Assembly (NCBI GenBank): GCA_030390025.1
Contig: CM059441.1
Span: 20,894,001-20,958,000 of the forward strand
From: Squalus acanthias
Lineage: Eukaryota
DNA length: 64,000 bases
Direction: 5' to 3'
Shown in pieces: positions 33,801-45,800 of this stretch. Within the stretch, counting starts at the first letter, position 1, and every line of letters begins with the position of its first letter. A model generated the notes under the pieces. That model saw only the letters and a list, made by a program, of their open reading frames with translations. It was not told the origin of the DNA and did not search any database. Both the position numbers and the translations under genes were made by a program.

Positions 33801-36800
33801 ACTCTCTCTTTGCCCCTCTTATTTTCTTTTTCACATTTCCTCTGAAATTTCTATATTCCGCCTGATTCTCACTTGTATTCTCAACCTGACATCTGTCATA
33901 TGCGCTCTTTTCCTGCTTCATCTTATTCTCTATCTCTTTCGTCATCCAGGGAGCTCTGGTTTTAGTTGCCCAACTTTCCCACTTGTGGAATGTACCTCGA
34001 CTGCACCCGAACCATCTCCTCTTTAATGGCAGCCCATTGTTCGATTACTGTTTTTCCTGCCAGTCTTTGATTCCAATTTACCCGGCCAGATCCGTTCTCA
34101 ACCAACTGAAATTTGCCTTCCTCCAATTAAGTATTTTTACTCTAGATTGCTCCCTATCCTTTTCCATAGCTAATCTAAACCTTATCATACTGTGATCTCT
34201 GTTCCCTAAATGTTCCCCTACTGACACTTGCTCCATTTGACCCACCTCATTCCCCAGAACCAGATCCAGCAATGCCTCCCTCCTCGTTGGGCCGGAAACT
34301 TACTGATCAAGAAAATTCTCCTGGACAGACTTCAGAAATTCTTCCCCCTCTCTACCCTTTACACTATTACTATCCCAGTCTATATTAGGATAATTGAAGT
34401 CCCCCATTATCACTACTCTATAGTTCTTGCTCCTCTGTGTAATTTTCCTGCAAATTTGCTCCTCTATAACTTCCCCACTAATATAGAATACACCTAGTAG
34501 TGTAATGGCACCTCTATTATTTCTTAACTCGAACCAAATAGATTCTGTCCTTGCCCCCTCCAGGACATCCTCTCTCTACAGCACTGTAACATTCTCCTTA
34601 ACCAATACTGCCACCCCACCTCCTTTCTTTCCTTCCCTATCTTTCCTGAACACCTTATATCCAGGAATATTTAAAACCCACTCCTGCCCTTTTTTGCGCC
34701 AGGACTCCGTTATCACCACGACATCATATTCCCATGTGACTGTTTGCGTCTGCAGCTTACCAACCTTATTTACCAAGCTTTGTGCGTTTACACACATGCA
34801 CTGTAATCCTGTCTTAGACCTTCTTGTCTTCTCTCTTAATCTGACCCCACCTAATACCTTACTATTTCTTACTCTAGTGCTATCTGTCTCTCCCCATCCT
34901 TTGTGCACTTTGTTTCTCCTTTCTAAAGCTACATCCTGGTGCCCATCCCACTGCCAAATTAGTGTAAACCCTCAGCAACAGCACTAGCAAACCACCTCCG
35001 CCAGGACATTGGTTCCAGCTCTGTTGAGGTGCAACCCGTCCGGCCTGTAGAGGTCCCACCTCCCACAGAAACAGTCCCAAAGTCCCAGGAACCTGAAGCC
35101 CTCCCTCCTGCACCATCTCTCCAGCCATGCATTCATCTGTTCTATCCTCCTATTTCTATACTCACTAGCCCTATCACCGGAAAATCATTTCACAGAGCGG
35201 GATAGAGCCAGCAGCGGGGCAGCGACCCGCCACTGACATCACCCACACTGGACCCACCAAGGTAAGTAAAATCCCGGCCCTCCTGTTTACACTGTAATCT
35301 TAGTACAGTGCATCAATGTAGAGCAGCAGAGCCAAGGGATTACACAGGATTACATAGGATATACGGCACAGAAACAGGCCATTCATCCCAACCAGTCCAT
35401 GCCAGCATTTATGCTCCACTCGAGCCTCCTCCCGTCTTTCCTCATCTAACTCTATCAGCATAACCCTCTATTCCCTTCCCTCTCATATGCTGATCTCGCC
35501 TCCCCTTAAATGCATCTATACTATTTGCCTCAACTACTCCCTGTGATAGCAAGTTCCACATTCTCACCACTCTCTGGGTAAAGAAGTTTCTTCTGAATTC
35601 CCTATTTGATTTCTTGGTGACTATCTTATATTGATGGCCTCTAGTTATTCTCTTCCCCACAAGTGGCAACACTCTCTCTGTATCCACTCTATAAAAACCT
35701 TTCATAATTTTAAAGACCTATTCAACCTTCTTTTTTCAAGCGTAAAGAGACCCAGCCTGTTCATCCTTTCCTGATAGGTATACCCTCGCATTTCTGGTAT
35801 CATCCTTGTAAATCTTCTCTGCACCCTCTCCAGTGCCTCTATATCCTTTCTATAATATGGTGACCAGATTTGTACGCAGCACTCCAAGTGTGGTCTAACC
35901 AAGCTTCGATACAAGTTCAGCATAACTTCACTACTTTTCAATTCTATCCCTCTAGAAATAAACCCGAGTGCTTGGTTTGCTTTTTTATGGCCTTGTTAAC
36001 CTGCTTTAGCTGGGAAAGTAAACTAATGTTTGACTTCTGGAGGAAAGTCAACTTTGTGATCATTAGATAAAGATCAAATGAAGCAAGCTTCATTAACATG
36101 TCCACAATGTATAGCTGTAATGGTAAGCCACAATTTTATAATTGAGGACTTTATAAAAGTGACTGGCCATCTGAGGGAAGCACCGCTGCCTGGGGTCATG
36201 TAGCAATGGTGAGATATCTCCTCAGGGAGTCAGGATAGTCAGAATAGCATCATCCTACACTGCTCTCATGCACCTTCTAACAGGCAATTGCTGAGCAGCT
36301 GGAATCAGGCAGCCTCCTCACCCTCTCAGTTTGGGAACAGTGTATAACATCGGGAACTGAGAAGGAGAAAATGACAGAGAATGCAACTTTTCTGTCAATG
36401 CCACTCCAGAACAGATAAGGGCAAGAAAACTGGCATTGTGCTAGTGTGGCAAGGGCAACTCCATAAGATTAACTTTGCGCTGAAATAATCAAGTTGAATA
36501 ATGCAAAGAACACGATCTAAGGAGCGGCAAAATGGAGGTGCTCACTTTTTATTCTTATTTTCCACCAACAAAGATAGCACCTTCGTTCGGAAGCTAACAC
36601 AACAGCATGATGTAAACCCAGCCACCATTTCCATTCTGATGAGCTTACATTCTGAAATAATAAATGATTTTCACCCCTTATGATAAAATTATTAAAGAAC
36701 CATTTAAAAATTCGGTTGCTTTGCGCCTCCCGTTAGCGCCCGAGGGGGCACAAAGAACCTGGTGCCCGGACGCAGTGTCGCTAATGCCTCCTGCGAAATT

Positions 36801-39800
36801 CAGCGGGAGGTTAGCGGCGGCGGTAGCCGGGAGCGCCCTGTGGCGCTGTGCCTCCGGCGATGATGTCATAGCCGTACGTAGAGCCTGCTCGCGCCCCGGC
36901 TGCAAACTTGGCTCCCTCCCCCTGACCTACCGCCGAACGCTGTGTCCGACAGGGTCAGGGTGCCGTGTTTGTGGCCGCGGCGGCGCTAATTTAAAGGCCA
37001 GGTGCCGAGCGGCTATATTTTTTTGGGCCGCCTGCCAGCACCTGCCCCCTCTTGCCTCATCTTGTGGGGTTCCGGCCGCGATCGGGCGATTGATCTCTTG
37101 CCGGTACCCCGCTCCCTGGTGGTCCAGCAGGGCCCCGGTGCGCGCTACGCTAGGCCCCTCCCCTTTAATCAGGGGAGGGAGGCCTGCAGTACCGCGGCGC
37201 TTGGGGCTGACACGCCTGCCGCTGCTGCACGTAGCGCCGCTATATTCAATGGGAGCACCCCAAGAGGGATGGGGAACGCTTCCATTAGGGCCCCGCCTCC
37301 TGCTTGGGGTGCTACCATTCAACTTCGGGCGCGGGGGCGCTAACTTTTTCGGAGCTCTAAAAGTAGTGTCCCGGCGAAGTTATCGCCGCAAAGGGGCCGT
37401 GAGCCAATTTTTCCCCGAATCTCTCACATGGAAGCCGTGCCAATCAAAACACCAGCAATGAGAACATTGTACCTGCTCGGCGATTTGGATCCTGAAGATT
37501 GGTTTCGATTATCAGTGGAAATTATATTTGTACTTGTGGAATGTGTAGTTGTTGATGATACTGTTGAAAAACCTTCACAAGAATATTCAGGTCCTATTGA
37601 AACAAGGGAATAAAATTCAGATTCACCTCATTTTCACTTGTAGTCAACCAAGAGAGCACTATCGTCAAATGGAACCTCATTACTTGAGTAAACGCCTGGT
37701 TGATATAATGGATTTGGATGATTTAATTCCTGTGTAATTTCCCCCTCTCTGGTAGCAAGGAGAGATGCTGCTGACACCTGGCCGTGGCCCATTTTTACTG
37801 ATAATTTCTGTTTCTTTCCCATATCTGAGAGTTGGTGGCACAGAGTTACTATTGGGGCAGTTAAAGGGATCAGGTTGGTGGGACTACAAACCAGGTAAAC
37901 CCATTTTTGCCCCGCGCAAGCGTAAAGGAAAGTTCCAGCCAGAGAGCTGGCCTCTGCCACCAGCGGAAAATGTATTTCTGGGGGCCGAGAAACCACAATT
38001 ATGTCCTGGAGAGATGTCCTCAGTGGAAAAGGAACAGCAGCTGTTCATTGAGTGCAGAGGGAAATATTAGACCAGGAATTACTGCTCTCGATATTAGTGG
38101 ACAAGCAGTTAAAATTTGAATGGCGTTTCTCTGTTAAAAGAATGTTTCTGTTACAATATAGACAGACGAATGTCACACGAATACATTAAACTGTACACTG
38201 GGCCGTGCAGCGCTGCCTCGTTGGAAGGCTCCTTCCCTCTCTTAAAGGGAAGGGCCATCGCTGCAGGCTCTGCAAGGGGAAAACTTACCTGGTGCCTGAC
38301 GGCAGCCGCGATCCGGCCCGTTGCACTGCAGCAGAGACTCGGGCTGATCGATCGCGGGCGAAGAAAAGTGAAAGATAAACAGAACCAGCATTTCCAATTT
38401 TTTTTGTTTCCTTACCTCGGCTACCTCGCCTTTAAGTATCGCCCCCAAAGTGCCCGGCCGCCCGATGAACGCCTCCTGCAGCTGTCGGTGTTTTCACCCG
38501 GCGATGCTGCAGGGGGTGGAATTGAAGTTCGGGTCTGGGGCACTACCGGAGCGATGACATTACCATCTCCGGGCGAAGGAGATCGGGGCGCAACACCATA
38601 CCGCCACCGCAAACTTCCCGCGAGTCAATCTTCTCACCGCGCCCAGTCGGTAGGTAATTACCACCCCATTATCGCCCCACGGAGGCGATATCTGGAGGCA
38701 CAAAGGTGCCCAATTTCTCCCACCTATATCTCTAGAGGGGGACTTGAACCCACAACCGACTGGTATCAGAGGCAAGAGCGCTACCAACTGAACCACTGCT
38801 GACACCTACAGTACAAATGCAATTTACAGGTGAAATTTCTACCTGCTGCTGACATCCTTCTTGTCTGACAGCTAAAGCAAGTGACTACATTAACATACGG
38901 CCGGAGTCAATATTTACATATGTTAATTTATATGCATTACTGCTCAGGAGAAAATACATTTCTCTTTGTTTTCTGACCGTTTTGATGTTTCTCAGCGCAA
39001 CCAATGGTGAACATATTGCTTCCCATTCTGCGGAAAATTAAATCGCTACATTTAAGTAGGCTAGGTTCCTCCTCAAGTCAGAACCAGGGTCATTGTTTTA
39101 TGGTGACTGAGTAATTCAGTTTTTAACTGTTGAAGGATCCAAATGGAGTGAATTTGGCCAGTTATAGTTTCTCTGAGTGACTGAAGGAAATTAACTGGCG
39201 ACCAGTTTGGATAAACATTAATTAAAAAAATTCATTAATCATGTTGTTTGTTTAAAGTAACACTTACCAATGCCGCTGATTTGTGTCACATAACTGCAGG
39301 TCTTCCCTGCTCTGTTGAAGACTGACACGTTAACCATTTCACTGGATTTTTCCCCCTGATTATTTGAGGCTGTGCAGTAATATTGATGATGTTGCTGTTT
39401 GAAGGATTGACAATGTAGATCCAGTTTATTGGTGTCAGAGATCTTTGAATCTTCAGACGGGGTCTTTTCGTACCATGTGTACTGAATGGGAAGAGATCCC
39501 TGGACAGACTCACAGGAGACTGACACTAAGCCTCCAAAACATGAGACATTTGGTGGCGATAAATATCTAAGTACAGGAACTGACACGGATTCTGTGGGAA
39601 AGAAACAAACATTCAGATACTGACTGAACATCTAAAAATCAAATACTCTCCAATTTCCAGTATTTCTGTATCTCAGCCAGGGTCTGCCATGTTGGAATCT
39701 CACCGGCACATCTACCTGTCCAGCAGTAATGATACTGAGGATGTGTCAATGGGAAAATCAGGGCTAACAATTTCTCTCAGTAGCAGGTAGCCAGCCTCCA

Positions 39801-42800
39801 ATGCTGTTTAATTGTTTGACTCTCGAACATGAATTAGTTGGAGAGAGTCCTAGAAAACCACAGCCGAATATGAGGGAAAGAAATTGGCAGATATCTGTTA
39901 CATGTTTTGTCTTTGCCACAAACTGTGCTCAGAAACAGTTCTGCCAAAATTTGCTACTGCTTGCGAGCCTGTCCCAGAGGACGTTTCTACTCACACTCCC
40001 AGATCCATTGAAAATTTAACAGACGGTCCTGAACATAGAAAAGGGAGGAAGCCATTCAGCCCCTCGAGCCTGTTCCACCATTCAATTAGATCTCGGCTGA
40101 TCTGTATCTTAACTCCATCTGCCCGTCTTGGTGCCGTAACCCTTAATACCCTTGCCTAACAAAAATCTGTCAATCTCAGTTTTGAAATTGACCCCCAGCC
40201 TCAACAGATTTCTGAAGTAGAGATTTCCAGATTTCCACGACCCTTTGTGTGAAGAAGTGCTCCCTGACATCACCCTCAAGATGCGCTTCAGTTGCCTGGA
40301 CAGATCTGGAGGTGCCCTTCAGTACACACCAGCCAGGGTGTCCAGAATGATCGTGGTTTGCTGCGCTCTGCACAAAATTGTGCAGCAGCAAGATTGGAGC
40401 TGCAGGAGGAACAAGGCACTGAGCACACATTGTCTACGGACAAATCCGAGAGGGAGGAGAAAGTGGGAAAGAAGCATGAGCAGGAGGAGGAGGAGGAGGA
40501 AGAATATTGCGACTCCGACGCAGCACCAGTCACTCACATTGCTGCCCGCGCTGCCAGCGTTTCCCTTATAGCTGTAAGTTTCAGTTAGTCACCATCACTG
40601 GACCGATGTAACAACCACATCCAACGGCCGCTCTCAACTGCCCCCACCCCCCTCCAATCCCACTGACACAAAGCAGACCTGCTACCAACCAACCAGCCAT
40701 TGCACATCCCCCCATTGCTCCCCCTCAATTCATGTCTTCCCATTCATTAACGAGTAACTGAAAAGGTGAGTTGCCACCCAGCAACCAAAAATGGGCAACA
40801 CGGGAACATGGTGCAAATTAATATATTTTATGTGATTCTACTTATGAACAGAAACTTAACAACATAACAATTTCTCAAACACACATGTGCAGACCCTTGT
40901 GCAACTATAAAACTTTACTCTTCCTTTTCCTACCGCTCCTACGTGGTGCAACCCTCATGGCTTCAGCAGAGGTCGAGGCAGGCTGCTCAGATCCCTGCTC
41001 TGACTGCTGAGATGCTCTTGGTCGATGACCTCTGGGTTTGAAGCCCAACGTGGCCCCCACCAAAGACTGCTCCATCTGCACCTGTGCAGGGGCAGACACA
41101 GCCATCGGGAGAGGAGACAGCATTCCTCTCATGGCCCAGCCGCACTTCACTCCTACCACTCTGCTGGAGAGCAGCTTGGTGCAGATCAGTGACGCGCTGT
41201 AAGGCCAAGGCTCAGGTGTCTGCCATCCTATTTAATGTGCCAGACATGTTGGCATCCAGAGTCTGCACGGCCGTGGTCAATGCCTGCATGGACTCATTTG
41301 ATTGTCGCGACTGATGCTCGACGGAGTTCGCCAATCCATCCATGGAACAAGACATCCTCGCAATGCCCTGTGACATCAACCCACTCATCCTTGAGGTGGA
41401 CTCCTCCAGTCTCTCTGCAATTGTGGACAGTGTGCGTGGAAGGCCTGTCAGTATGTAGCAGATTTTCTGCTGCCCCACAATGATTAGCCTTTTAATCGAC
41501 GGCCCCCGGGGTACAGCACCTGTGTCCAGTTGAGCAGAGTTTGGAGAGTGCTCTGTCCTCCGACGTGGACTCTCCGCAGTTGTCCCTGCCACCACTGTTG
41601 GCTCTTGCTCCCTTGTGAAGTGTGATTTATGAGGTGAAAACCCAACTATCTGTCTAACTGGACTCACTGAAGTGTGAGTATCTGCATTGGTGCGTGGTAA
41701 GCATGAGTCCTGTGATGGTGCACCCTCAGAAGGAATCAGCTCCTCTGAGGATTCATCGTCCACTAGTTCCACTGACGGCTGCTGCACATGTGAAGGCCCT
41801 GGCGGAGAGAGAAGATATGAATTAGTACTGGCAAGGTAAGGATGTAGCAACTTATCATTATGAAGATGATTATATTAAACTCATTGCTGAAATCACGTCA
41901 ACATGACTGAGTGTTTTATGACATGTGGGCCCATGATATTTAACTCTGTCACCAGGTTGCTGGGAGGTCCCCATCTCCAATGGCCAGGGACGGCGAGTTA
42001 CCACTGATCTTCAGCGCTTCCTCCTCTGCGGTTGTCAGCTATGAGATCTGTCAAGCACCACCTCAGGTTCTCTCTCTCTCTCCCTAGTGTTCTGCGCTCT
42101 CTTCTCCTGCAACGGGAGAAACAAAAGACCTATGAGTGACTGTAATGGCATATGTTCTCCCGATGGATGCAGTGCATATGGTGAGGGTAACTATCAGCGA
42201 GCAGCATGAAATTACATAAGGATCAAGGTGAGTGGCAGTGGTGGATGGAGAGATGGGGATATGAGGAAATACATAGAAAGAGAAGGATGGGTGTGCGTGC
42301 AGAGTAAGTGGGTGTGAGGAGTGATGTGATGGAGTAGGCTTGACAAAACAGGGTGAGGGGGTGGGTGATGTTCTCAATGGGTAGCAGGTGAATGAGCAAC
42401 TGTACTCACCTTTCCTAACCTGGTTAGATCATTAAAGAGCTTCCTGCGCTGACTCCAGCAGTGTGGTATAATGCTCCTGCTGCTGATCTCCTCGGCCACA
42501 TCCAGGCACGGGTTCTTTGTAGCTTTCTTACTGCTGTGCCTGGGGAAGGGTCCGGATAGCTCAGTCGGTAGAGCATCAAACATTTAACTTGAGGGTCCAG
42601 AGTTCAAGGGGGAAAAATTCAGTTGGTTGCGCCTCCTGTTAGCGCCTTAAGAGGGCGCTAATGGGGCGCAAAGCAACTAGCGCCTGGGCGCGGCGATGTT
42701 TGCGCCGCTCTCGAAATTATCTAGACATTTTGTGGCGGCGCTAAACACTACCTCCACGATCTCCTCCGTCGGCAGATCGTGACGTCAGTCGAGTGTGCAA

Positions 42801-45800
42801 TGCCCTGGTAGCGCCCCGGAGCGGATATTGAGTGGCGCCCCCTGCCTTACCGCCTCCCGCTAGCAACGACAGGTTGAGGGGAACGTTTTGCAGTCAGGAA
42901 GGGACTGGGGGAGCGCTATTTAAAGGCGACCGCTTCCTGCCTTTTTTGTTGGTGACATTTTTGAACCACGCATTCTGAGAGAGAAAGAGAGAGACTTCTG
43001 GAGAGATTCAACGCTGTGTGAAGGGGTTTTGGGTACTGAGCAGCACTTTGCAGGTTCATTTTGATTTGCCCTTCCTTGTATCGATTTAGAAGAGACTCTG
43101 GGGGTTGCACTCTGAGCTCTTTCCCTGGGTCTCTGCATTGTTCTTTCCAGCAGATTTGATGTACAGGTCTCTCCAGGCCGAGATTCAAGGCTGCAATGAG
43201 CAGGATGTGGATGGAAAGCAAGATCAACCCTCCCCTTTAAGAACTGGCAGGCACATAATTGTCTGTGTTCAATTGCTGACTGACATCACATGAGCTTCGC
43301 CAGCGCTCTGAGTTAGCGCCTCACTCCTCGGCCTTTGCGCCTTAAGACAGATGTGTAGCGCCTGATTTAGTGCTCCAATCACCTCCAGGGGCGATAAAAG
43401 TCAAGTTTGCAGTCGGAGGCGATAATTAGCGCCAGGCGCTAATCTTTGCGCCCGGCCGATAATTGCGCCCCAAACGGGGCGATACTGAATTTTTCTCCCC
43501 AAGTTCCTGTTGAGGCGTTAGCTTTGCCAGCATGGGCTCGATGGGCCGAATGGCCTCCTTCTGTTCTGTAACCATTCTATGATTCTATGGTCCCTGTCCG
43601 GCTCCTCACTGCCCCCAGCAATGCATCAAGGGAGGCGATGTTAAAGCGGGATACAGCTTTGTGAGTCCTGAGTCTATCTTCTATGATTATTTTCCCTGTT
43701 CCAAAGCTTCCAAATTCCATCTTTGAATTGACCAGTTAAATACTCGAGTTGAGATCACATCATGCGGGTCCACACCACACCCGCTACCGCACATACAACG
43801 CCACACCCAGGAGTAAAATTATAATGAGCTGGCTGCGTAAAAATGCCACAGACAGACGCACTGAAATCACTTCTGAGTTTCCCACGCGATATCGGATCCC
43901 CTGCACCGAACACGCCTCGAAGTTAATATCCGGGCCATTGCATTTAATAATTGATCCATCAGGAGGTATGATTGGGAGGAAGATAATGTCTCAACAATTA
44001 ATAAAGAGGGTTCTTTTACCATCAAAACAGTGACCTAGCTTTTCAATTTTAGTTTAGTTCGCTTGTAAAGTTGACCAAAATATCTCATTGATGATGTGAG
44101 CCACCCATCATATCAGGAAACCTATGAAACCTGTTAAGCTCTGTGGATTGATTCTATTTTTATTATTTTCTAAGAATTCATGCCATTAGTAACGACTTGC
44201 TGCTCACTGCTTTTGTTATTGTCTGACTATTAGTTTTAGTCTGAATGCAAACATCTGACATTTAATACAGTTCAGAGACAGGAAAATGTGGGGGCATCCC
44301 ACATGATGTCTGACGCAATAGCCGGTAGTTAAAGGAATTGTTTGTCCCATAATACTTGAAATTCTTGGTCAGCTCGTTGGACAGGCCACGAATTGGGAAT
44401 GTGCAACATGAGTCGGATTTCCTGACCTCTGCCCGCTACCTGTGAGACTCTGCACTGCTGCGGAGCCTTGGGATATCGGAGATGTCATGTTTCCTCCCAG
44501 ATATAACATTGATCAGACATTTCAGTAGAGAGTAATAAAGTAAATCGCTGAGAAATGTACCGTAAGATATTTGTAGCTTTACTTTAAACAATGGATCGAG
44601 GGCGTAAGATTTTTCAATCCCACAGCTGTACCATCCTGCATCTCCTGGACGAAGATCCTTCATAGTAACAACAAATATTCCTGCTGTCTTGTTATCTGTG
44701 ATTGACATTCTTCCTTGTCTTCCATGTCGCACATTTGTTTTTACTAATTCTGAACAACCGATAGTTCTCCCGTGACACCAATATTTCACATAAGACTGGT
44801 ACTCCGATTTGTCATAGTAACAATCTATTGTGATCGCTCTTCCCACTACTCCTGTTACGTATTTTTCTGCCCACAATGCACCTGAAACTGAAGAGACAAC
44901 ATTTGTGAAATTGAACAGGAAATAACTGCTTAATACAAACAGATACATTTTAATAAGAGTTACCACTCTGCACAGAGGAATCTCTCCACTCCATCTATTG
45001 ATACAGTTGAATTCCTTCTAGTTTCTGATGAAAGGAAACATTAATATAGTGCCTTATCACATCCTCAGGATGTGCCAAAGCACTTCACAGCCAATGATTT
45101 ACTTTTGAAGTATAGTCAGTATTGTTATTGTGTCAGCTGTCGCTCAGTCTTTGCACTCTCGGCTCTGAGTCAGTAGATTGTGGGTTCAAGCCCCACTCCA
45201 GAGACTCTGAGCAGAAAATCGAGACTGACATTCCAGTACAGTATTGAGGGAGTGCTGCACTGTTGGAGGTGCCGTCTTTCAGATGAGTTATTAAACCCAG
45301 AGCGCGTCTGCCCTCTCAGGTGGATGCAAAAATTCCCAGGGAACTATTTCAAAAAAGAGCTGGGAAATTCCTCCCGGTGTCCTGGCCAACATTTATCCTT
45401 CAACCAAAAATCAATATTAAACAGATTATCTGGTCATTATCACCTTGCTGTTTGTGGGACCTTGCTGTGCGCAAATTGTCTGACTCTTTTCCTACATTAC
45501 AACATTGGCAACACTTCAAATAAATAATTGGCTGTAAATCGCTTTGGGGCGTCATGAGGTCATGAAAGGTGCTACTTAAATGCAAGTCTTAGTTTCTGAC
45601 AGCAACAACAACTTGAATTTGATAATCATCTCCCATTCATCCAGCACCATGGGAACAGCCAAAGGAATGCCCATCCTCTCAACTTCGTTGCTGCAACCTG
45701 CACTGCAGCAGGATTTGGAGAGGGAAGGTGAACATGGTTCATGCAACCAAGGACATAGAAAGGAAGAGGATTGAGGATCGGCAAGGGAAGATTCAGGAAC

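Larger units (their letters stand above)
30918..35170 (-). mobile_element. CR1 LINE (ORF1 esterase end + ORF2), decayed, in gene A intron 4; carries two MITEs
   Basis: ORF1 DGLHLNRAGTNVLA; ORF2 NAQSLVNK, ITESW, NYRPVSLT, KFADDTK and FFTQ. Confidence 0.93.
40273..43690. mobile_element. Decayed Harbinger (transposase C-terminus on + 40273..40590; Myb/SANT gene on - 40905..43660) in gene A intron 2
   Basis: LKMRFSCLDRSGGALQYTP..CCALH. The Myb exon RFNIASLDALLGAVR...LDVAEEISSRS...FNDLTR is split by an insertion; basic tail PRRSGRKRK. Confidence 0.85.

Noticed and set aside
36664-38802. Long ORFs 36664..37461 and 38116..38802 as genes
   Set aside because: They run through GC-rich MITEs with few stops, show no protein motifs, and are absent from the duplicate.
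42550-43517. Functional tRNA-Lys gene
   Set aside because: The anticodon arm is mutated, the T-loop is interrupted by an 892-bp MITE, and a LINE tail follows.
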